Shown here in pieces: positions 7,134 through 12,151 of a stretch of DNA of 12,151 nucleotides. The stretch's first letter is position 1. The number at the start of each line of letters is the position of its first letter. The notes beneath the pieces are model-generated. The model saw only the letters and a program-made list of their open reading frames with translations, did no database searches and was not told the origin of the DNA. Made by a program: the position numbers and the translations under genes. Source of the stretch: a virus; the IMG/VR virus record IMGVR_UViG_3300029343_000059, positions 1 to 12,151 of that record; one strand, written 5' to 3'.

Positions 7134-8078
7134 TTACCTTCTTTCTATGCTTTGAATGTATTTTGATAATGTTGGAATGTCGGAATACAATGCAACAGCT
7201 TTTCCAATGGTCATGCTTGCATAATCTTCACGCAACCATTTGTCACGGAACAATGCGGAATGCTTTATCATTTCAAAAATCATTTGCGGGTCATTATCGG
7301 TGTAAAATGCAAGATAATTGCACAATGCAATGTCCGCTTCGCTTTGTGATGTGTAATTGCTTGTGTTTCCTTCCCACAATGCTTTGATTTTGCCCCCGTT
7401 TTCACCTTTCAGCATAATTTCCAGCAATGTTTGCTGTTTTGTGGTCATTGGTTCAATGCTCTTTGTATCAACAAACAATGCTTGTGTCTTTTGTTCCAGC
7501 TTTTCAATGTATCGTTCATAAACTTTTCGCACTTGATACACGTGCGGTTTGATTTCTTTGCGGTCTTGATACACATTTCCCGTGATTGCAAAATATCTTC
7601 CACCCGTATACATTTCAATTTCGGGTTCTTTCTTTTTTCCGTCAACATTTCGTGTGTATCTGTGAAGCCTTGCAACGTCCAAATCAAATGCATTGCGGTT
7701 TCTATTCAATAACATGTCCCCTTTTACAATGATATGGAAGCCTTTTTTGCTTTGGCTGTATTCGGTGTAACTGTCCAGCATTTCAATAATTTCTTTTGCT
7801 TCGGTCAACACATTGCCTTTGCTGTCAATTACATTGTCAAGGTCAATTGCAATATAACCATGATTGAAGACAAAACCAGCACCAATGTATTTGCATTTTT
7901 TTATTGCTTGCATACAATCTTCAAATGTTGCCCATGTACTGGAAGCGTCTACCTTTGCGGGCATGTCTGTTTTTGCATTGTATGGTTGTTTCTTCGGTGC
8001 GTTCTTTGCAACCTTTCCCCAAACAACCCATTGTGCAAGGTCTTTCAATTCCTGTGGAATGTCTTTGTATTTCTTCAT
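7134..8078 (-). CDS. Bifunctional primase-polymerase (prim-pol N-terminal domain plus PriCT-like C-terminal domain). No helicase domain.
   Basis: Prim-pol motifs: GYIAIDLD (DxD), KKGFHIIV (G-x-H) and IEMYTGGRYFAITGN. The C-terminal ...SQSEADIALCNYLAFYTDNDPQMIFEMIKHSALFRDKW resembles the PriCT-type primase C-terminal domain. No Walker A/B anywhere in the protein. Its ATG overlaps the stop of the upstream 393-aa gene (ATGA). Confidence 0.75.
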   Translation of the reverse strand: MKKYKDIPQELKDLAQWVVWGKVAKNAPKKQPYNAKTDMPAKVDASSTWATFEDCMQAIKKCKYIGAGFVFNHGYIAIDLDNVIDSKGNVLTEAKEIIEMLDSYTEYSQSKKGFHIIVKGDMLLNRNRNAFDLDVARLHRYTRNVDGKKKEPEIEMYTGGRYFAITGNVYQDRKEIKPHVYQVRKVYERYIEKLEQKTQALFVDTKSIEPMTTKQQTLLEIMLKGENGGKIKALWEGNTSNYTSQSEADIALCNYLAFYTDNDPQMIFEMIKHSALFRDKWLREDYASMTIGKAVALYSDIPTLSKYIQSIERR

Positions 8079-9256
8079 TGTGTCTTTCCATCTCTTTTCA
8101 CAAAAATGTCAAAACCGTCCGTGCCTTCGGGTTTCCATTCAAACGATTCAATCATGTCATTTTCCATGAGATACACCAATTGTTTTTGCACGCTTTTCAA
8201 TGTGCGTGATTTCTTTTTTGCATAGCTTTGTTTTCTTTTATAATTTGCGGGTACAATGTCCGCATATTCCAGCAATTTATCAAATGAAATGTGATTGATT
8301 CTATTTGTATAAACTTTTTTGCCCTTCAATGCTCTGATTCTATTGAACAAATACACCTTGATTTTTCTATTTTCCACCGTGTCACGCATTGGTCCAAGCA
8401 AGAAATTTTGTTTTTCATCGTCAATGGTTGCAATCTGTCCAATAGTAAATGCATAATTCAATAATATTGGCGTTCCCCTAAATTCATAATAGTCAGAAAA
8501 TGTTCCATTGGCATTGCGTCCATACCAGCCCGCAACATCAACAAGATTTCCTTTTGTCTGTATTTTTCCAAGTTCGGGATACATGTGCAAAACTTCTTTC
8601 ACATCAAGTTCAATGAAGACTTTTGCCATTTTTCGTATGCTTTCGTCTTGTGCTTTCAATTGTTCGGGTTTTGGGTTTGCGTTCGGGGCTTGCATGATGA
8701 TTCTATACAATTGCACTGGTGTCAATTCTTTTTGACCCATTCGCAACGCATTCCCTATTCCCATTAGTACGGTAAAATCATACCCATTCAATTGAATATT
8801 TTCTTTTTGTGCTGTTTCCTGTATCTGTCTTTTGATTATATTCACGGCACGTGCTTTTCTGTCCGTGTTGAATTCTTTGCCACTTGTCAATGCTGGAAGC
8901 CATTTGTCAAAGGGTAAATCTTTATTGAACACCGTTTTGTTTGCATTGTCATACGGCACAATCAATGTTCCGTATTTTCCACGATTTGTTGCAATTTGTT
9001 TTGGTTTATTGATTTCTTGAAACGTTGCATTGCTTTGCAATATTTCGTCAAGTTCCTGTTGTATGATATCGTCATTTTTTGCTGTCATATCGGACGCATA
9101 AAAACATCCTTCATCATCTTCATCATTTGGAATGTCAATGTATCCTTTATCAATTGCGGTTGCTATGGTTTCAATTAGAATATTTCTTTTTTCGTTTGAG
9201 TCTTCAATGTTTGCAGTTTTGCTTGCTATGTATCTCAATATTTCTTCACCGTACAT
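8075..9256 (-). CDS. Hypothetical protein, 393 aa, translationally coupled to prim-pol. Possibly a replication initiator or origin-binding partner (inference).
   Basis: MYGEEILRYIASKTANIEDSNEKRNILIETIATAIDKGYIDIPNDEDDEG... Strong SD GGAAGGAAAGGG upstream. No nucleotide-binding motif and no family recognised from sequence alone. Confidence 0.7.
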   Translation of the reverse strand: MYGEEILRYIASKTANIEDSNEKRNILIETIATAIDKGYIDIPNDEDDEGCFYASDMTAKNDDIIQQELDEILQSNATFQEINKPKQIATNRGKYGTLIVPYDNANKTVFNKDLPFDKWLPALTSGKEFNTDRKARAVNIIKRQIQETAQKENIQLNGYDFTVLMGIGNALRMGQKELTPVQLYRIIMQAPNANPKPEQLKAQDESIRKMAKVFIELDVKEVLHMYPELGKIQTKGNLVDVAGWYGRNANGTFSDYYEFRGTPILLNYAFTIGQIATIDDEKQNFLLGPMRDTVENRKIKVYLFNRIRALKGKKVYTNRINHISFDKLLEYADIVPANYKRKQSYAKKKSRTLKSVQKQLVYLMENDMIESFEWKPEGTDGFDIFVKRDGKTQ

Positions 9257-9444
9257 TTCTGTCCCTTTCCTTCCAAGTATTCTTCAATTTGCTTTTCTGT
9301 GAAATACCAAACATACCCAATGCGGTTTCCTTTCAATGTCCCATCATCAACACGCCTTTTCACGGTCTTTGTTGAGCATTTGAACATGTTGGCAACTTCT
9401 TCAATGTCATAAATCTTCACATTATCAAGTTTAATCATGTTCAA
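9235..9444 (-). CDS. Small HTH DNA-binding protein of the excisionase/AlpA (HTH_17-like) family.
   Basis: ...KIYDIEEVANMFKCSTKTVKRRVDDGTLKGNRIGYVWYFTEKQIEEYLEG fits the Xis/AlpA-type HTH pattern (E.A..L.VS..TI.R....G.LP..KIG..WRF....I.E..). The track start at 9444 is TTG. ATG at 9438 (MIKLDNV...), 2 nt after the ParG stop, is the more likely start. Confidence 0.7.
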   Translation of the reverse strand: MNMIKLDNVKIYDIEEVANMFKCSTKTVKRRVDDGTLKGNRIGYVWYFTEKQIEEYLEGKGQKCTVKKY

Positions 9445-9716
9445 TCTTCCTTTCTTTTCGCAATGTCCTTGTCTTTCAAAAAGTCGGTCAAAATCATTTC
9501 AAGTGCTTCTTTCAAGGTCATGTTTTCATAGAATGCATAACCCTTTAATTGTTCAACAATTTCTTTATCAATGCGGAATGACACAACAGCTGTTGTTCCT
9601 TTTTCCGTTTTCTTGCGTCCACGCTTCTTTGTTTCCGTGCTTGCTGGTGTTTCATTGCTGGATATTAAAGAATCCGCAACGCTGTTTCCATTCATGTTGT
9701 ATTTTTTATTTGCCAT
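9441..9716 (-). CDS. ParG-like ribbon-helix-helix partition/regulatory protein: basic N-terminal tail plus RHH.
   Basis: MANKKYNMNGNSVADSLISSNETPASTETKKRGRKKTEKGTTAVVSFRIDKEIVEQLKGYAFYENMTLKEALEMILTDFLK. A disordered K/R-rich tail is followed by a beta-alpha-alpha (RHH) pattern. It overlaps the 3' end of ParA by 11 nt. This is the type-Ib arrangement (ParF/ParG-like). Confidence 0.55.
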   Translation of the reverse strand: MANKKYNMNGNSVADSLISSNETPASTETKKRGRKKTEKGTTAVVSFRIDKEIVEQLKGYAFYENMTLKEALEMILTDFLKDKDIAKRKED

Positions 9717-10479
9717 TTTGTTTTGTCTCCCTTCCTAAAATTTCAGACACAATGCCGTTGTAATCAATTGCACCGTTGCTTTTTGGGTCATATTCAAATA
9801 TGTCAACACCGTTGATTGGTGCTTCCGCAATAGCAACATTGTTTCGTATCTTTGTATTGAATACTTTTTGCGGGAATGCTTCTTCCAGCTTTGCAACAAT
9901 GTCTTTATGTAAATTTTTGCGGTTGTCATACATGGTTACAATAACGCCTGTAACGGCAATTGTTTTGTTTGTATATTTCTTTATCGTTTCAATTGTCTTT
10001 TTCAGTTCTACAATTCCCGACATTGCAAGGTATTCCGCTTGTGTTGGGATATAAACTTCATTGCATGCGGTCAATGCGTTGATTGTCAGCAATCCAAGTG
10101 ACGGTGTATTGTCTATCAAAATATAATCATATTCATTCATGATTGGTTGCAATGCTTCTTTCAAAACATATTCACGCCCCGTTTGGTCACTGATATTCTT
10201 TTCCGCAATGGTCAATCTTTGGTCTGTTGCTATCAAATCACAATTTGAAAGTTTGTTGATTGCTTCTTTTGCTTCACATTCACCCGTCATTACATCAAAC
10301 ATTGTGTATTTCAATGATTTTGCGTCAATTCCAAGTGAAATGGTCATACTTCCTTGCGGGTCAAAATCAACCAACAAAACACGCTTCCTGTTTCGTGCTA
10401 GTCCAACACCAATGTTGATTGTGCTTGTGGTTTTTCCAACACCGCCTTTTTGATTCACTATTGCAATAATTTTTGCCAT
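9706..10479 (-). CDS. parA: ParA/Soj-family partition ATPase (small, type Ib).
   Basis: MAKIIAIVNQKGGVGKTTSTINIGVGLAR...VLLVDFDPQGSMT... carries the deviant Walker A KGGVGKTT and a DxD motif. 257 aa, no N-terminal HTH. Confidence 0.9.
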   Translation of the reverse strand: MAKIIAIVNQKGGVGKTTSTINIGVGLARNRKRVLLVDFDPQGSMTISLGIDAKSLKYTMFDVMTGECEAKEAINKLSNCDLIATDQRLTIAEKNISDQTGREYVLKEALQPIMNEYDYILIDNTPSLGLLTINALTACNEVYIPTQAEYLAMSGIVELKKTIETIKKYTNKTIAVTGVIVTMYDNRKNLHKDIVAKLEEAFPQKVFNTKIRNNVAIAEAPINGVDIFEYDPKSNGAIDYNGIVSEILGRETKQNGK

Positions 10480-10512
10480 GTTCTTTTTTTCCTTTCCTAG
10501 CCTTTCATGTCC

Positions 10513-10809
10513 TTAAGAACATAAATTCTCTTTAATATCTTTACCCGTTAAATCTTTATATTTATTTTCTATTCTTTCTAGTTTCTCTTTTCTATCATTT
10601 GCCCACTGTTCAGCAAAATTGTGAAGTTCTTCAACATCTTCTATTGATTCATCTTCATTTAAACGACCTAGTGCCATATCAAGCGACATATAAGCAATTA
10701 GTTCCTCTGTTTTGTCAACTGTGTCTATGGCTTTATCATAATCCTTTTGATATGTTTCATATTCTCTAATTAATTTTTGAGTTTCCTTTGTTGTTTCCAT
10801 TTCTTTCAC
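10513..10809 (-). CDS. Hypothetical, strongly acidic, predicted all-helical protein of 98 aa.
   Basis: MKEMETTKETQKLIREYETYQKDYDKAIDTVDKTEELIAYMSLDMALGRLNEDESIEDVEELHNFAEQWANDRKEKLERIENKYKDL. About 30 D/E against about 18 K/R. Its ATG overlaps the stop of the upstream 68-aa gene. Confidence 0.5.
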   Translation of the reverse strand: MKEMETTKETQKLIREYETYQKDYDKAIDTVDKTEELIAYMSLDMALGRLNEDESIEDVEELHNFAEQWANDRKEKLERIENKYKDLTGKDIKENLCS

Positions 10810-11012
10810 CTTCTTTCTTCAATGTGTCCGTCCTTGCATACCTTCAAGAACAATTTTCCTGTTTCGTCTTCCAACGTGAATTCATTCGGGTGTGCTGGAC
10901 TATCTTGCACAATCACAATGTTGTTTTCGGGCATGAAGTTTTCTTCAATCCATGCTTCAATCTTTTTGTGGTAGTATTCCTCAATAGTTTTTGCACCTTT
11001 GATTGCTTTCAT
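10806..11012 (-). CDS. Hypothetical protein, 68 aa, first gene of the par/rep operon.
   Basis: MKAIKGAKTIEEYYHKKIEAWIEENFMPENNIVIVQDSPAHPNEFTLEDETGKLFLKVCKDGHIEERR. SD AGGTGG lies 9 nt upstream of ATG 11012. The promoter is about 70 nt upstream. Confidence 0.5.
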   Translation of the reverse strand: MKAIKGAKTIEEYYHKKIEAWIEENFMPENNIVIVQDSPAHPNEFTLEDETGKLFLKVCKDGHIEERR

Positions 11013-11079
11013 GTAAACATTCCACCTTTCTTTTTTTATTTCTTCATTGCATGTTTGCTTGTATGTTCTTGCATGTCCA

Positions 11080-11108
11080 TATTATAGACAATAACAAAAT
11101 AAATTGCA
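11080..11108 (-). promoter_or_regulatory. Candidate sigma70 promoter of the par/rep operon: -35 TTGCAA, 17-nt spacer, -10 TATAAT.
   Basis: The minus strand reads TTGCAA(11108-11103)-tttattttgttattgtc-TATAAT(11085-11080). The -10 is perfect and the -35 is 4/6. It lies about 70 nt upstream of the first gene of the operon. Confidence 0.55.
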
Positions 11109-11177
11109 ATAGGTTTCTGAAAATGTTGCTTTTTTTCTTTTTTGTTTACATGTTTACGCTAATAAATTAAACACAAT

Positions 11178-11224
11178 AAAAAAACACCCTTCATAAATGC
11201 GTTCTACGGCACTTTTTAAGGGTG
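11178..11224 (-). terminator. Candidate intrinsic terminator after the head-closure gene, ending the head/packaging operon.
   Basis: Minus-strand transcript: CACCCUU (stem), a loop of about 26 nt, AAGGGUG (stem), then UUUUUUU. The loop is unusually long, which lowers confidence. Confidence 0.35.
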
Positions 11225-11341
11225 GTTAATATAAATTATCATTTGAACACAAAAACGCCAAATAAGGGCATTTCTGTGCGTTCTGCGTGGTATTACAATT
11301 AATCTAGGTTGTATGGTAGTACATTTTCCATTTTTTCATGG

Positions 11342-11764
11342 TTATCTGAGTAAATATTTAATTTCAGTATAATCTGGATTTATTGGTAACTTACTAGGGT
11401 CATAAGGAATCATAGTGTTTATTTTATCCGTCGTAAGTCTGCAATATAGCACCAAATCCCTTTTATATCCTTCGTACGGGTCAACTCTGGTTACTTGGTA
11501 TAAAATCCCGTCGTAATATACATAATAGTCATTAGCGTAATTTGATAAGATTGCGTCTGTATAGTTGATTCTAAATAGACACTCTTCCTTTATTGCTGTT
11601 GTATTGCTTGCATAAAACAAACTTGCCGAAAGCTGTTTAAAATATGCCCAGACGTTATCCTGTGGGTGAATTGGCATATAAGCCTTTAGGTCGAAACCGT
11701 CTTCGTCCGTTGTCTCGATATACATGTATATCTTTATTTTTTTATCTTTCAATTTTGTTGACAT
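11342..11764 (-). CDS. Head closure / head-tail joining protein (SPP1 gp16-like family).
   Basis: The C-terminal half ...ECLFRINYTDAILSNYANDYYVYYDGILYQVTRVDPYEGYKRDLVLYCRL matches the conserved pattern of phage head-closure proteins (..h.I.hRY......ph.Y.gp.a.I..V......p.E.pL.C.E). Its start lies 17 nt after the TerL stop, with SD AGGTGG. Confidence 0.6.
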   Translation of the reverse strand: MSTKLKDKKIKIYMYIETTDEDGFDLKAYMPIHPQDNVWAYFKQLSASLFYASNTTAIKEECLFRINYTDAILSNYANDYYVYYDGILYQVTRVDPYEGYKRDLVLYCRLTTDKINTMIPYDPSKLPINPDYTEIKYLLR

Positions 11765-11781
11765 GTAAACATTCCACCTTT

Positions 11782-12151
11782 CTATAATGCATTTATGTAT
11801 TCATTATATCTTTCGTGTAAAACAACATATGCGTCCAGCAATGACGCAAAACCGTCAATGCGTTGTTTTGCCCCGTTTGCCTTTGTTGGGACAATATTGC
11901 CGTTGCGGTCTTCAACACATTTCACATTTGTCATGCACCATTTCAAAATCGGGTTGTTGTTATAGTTTATTTTTTTAGCTTCCAAATCAGCACCCAAATG
12001 TTGCATTGGCAATGACAATGTCTTTGCACCTTGAATGACACGCACCATGTTGAATCCATAACTCTCGCACTCCTCACGCCAATACGTTGAAGACCAGCTG
12101 TCATAACCTATCCATGCAATCTGTATCCCATGCACCTTGACCATTTCAACA
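11782..12151 (-). CDS. terL: Terminase large subunit, 3' (C-terminal nuclease) portion. Same gene as 1..1387, across the circular join.
   Basis: Track ORF MVKVHGIQIAWIGYDSWSSTYWREECESYGFNMVRV...HERYNEYINAL. The M shown is internal, since there is no stop upstream before the window edge. In-frame with the minus-strand ORF at 1-1387 (codon phase checked: 112 and 1387 are both 1 mod 3). Confidence 0.9.
   Translation of the reverse strand, partial: VEMVKVHGIQIAWIGYDSWSSTYWREECESYGFNMVRVIQGAKTLSLPMQHLGADLEAKKINYNNNPILKWCMTNVKCVEDRNGNIVPTKANGAKQRIDGFASLLDAYVVLHERYNEYINAL
12033..12151. repeat. 119-nt exact duplicate of positions 1-119. This is a wrap-around of a circular contig (period 12,032 bp).
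   Basis: Both copies read gaatgacacgcaccatgttgaatccataactctcgcactcctcacgccaatacgttgaagaccagctgtcataacc...ccatttcaaca. The duplicate lies inside the TerL coding sequence, so it is not a regulatory repeat. Confidence 0.9.

Noticed and set aside
1-12151. tRNA genes, CRISPR arrays, integrase/recombinase, tail, holin/endolysin.
   Set aside because: No cloverleaf-like or repeat-spacer structures were seen. No ORF of 150 aa or more is unaccounted for, so these classes are absent from the window. Absence of short genes below the 60-aa track threshold cannot be excluded.

Overview
The window reads once around a circular replicon of about 12,032 bp and continues 119 nt past the join. Positions 1-119 are identical to 12033-12151, and a terminase large-subunit gene reads without interruption across that join. 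The DNA is AT-rich.

All credible genes are on the minus strand. Strong Shine-Dalgarno motifs (AAGGTG, GGGAG) point to a low-GC Gram-positive-type host. The plus-strand ORFs in the track lie antisense to well-supported minus-strand genes and are low-complexity, so I treat them as spurious.

Gene content, in the order transcribed on the minus strand:
- Head/packaging operon after a roughly 1-kb origin-like region: HK97-type portal, prohead protease, major capsid protein with an N-terminal delta/scaffold region, gp6-like head-tail connector, HNH endonuclease, a 327-bp candidate cos region, P27-type small terminase (TerS), large terminase (TerL, across the circular join), head-closure protein, then a terminator.
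- Maintenance/replication operon after a sigma70-like promoter: two small unknown proteins (68 aa, and 98 aa very acidic), deviant-Walker-A ParA, a small ribbon-helix-helix ParG-like partner, an AlpA/Xis-type HTH protein, a 393-aa unknown, a primase-polymerase (prim-pol with PriCT-like C-terminus) lacking any helicase domain, a 107-aa unknown, then a terminator.

The large intergenic region (about 5819-6804) holds an AT-rich stretch, a DnaA-box-like 9-mer, three perfect tandem 22-bp iterons and several dispersed repeat families. Some of those repeats recur in the second intergenic region (11013-11341).

I found no tail, lysis, integrase, tRNA or CRISPR features.

Main interpretation (inference): this is a tail-less element that makes its own capsid and packages its own DNA from a cos site, in the manner of a phage satellite or minimal phage-plasmid. 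Unlike described capsid-forming islands, it is maintained as a partitioned episome by ParA/ParG rather than integrated by an integrase. It would presumably borrow tails and lysis from a helper phage.
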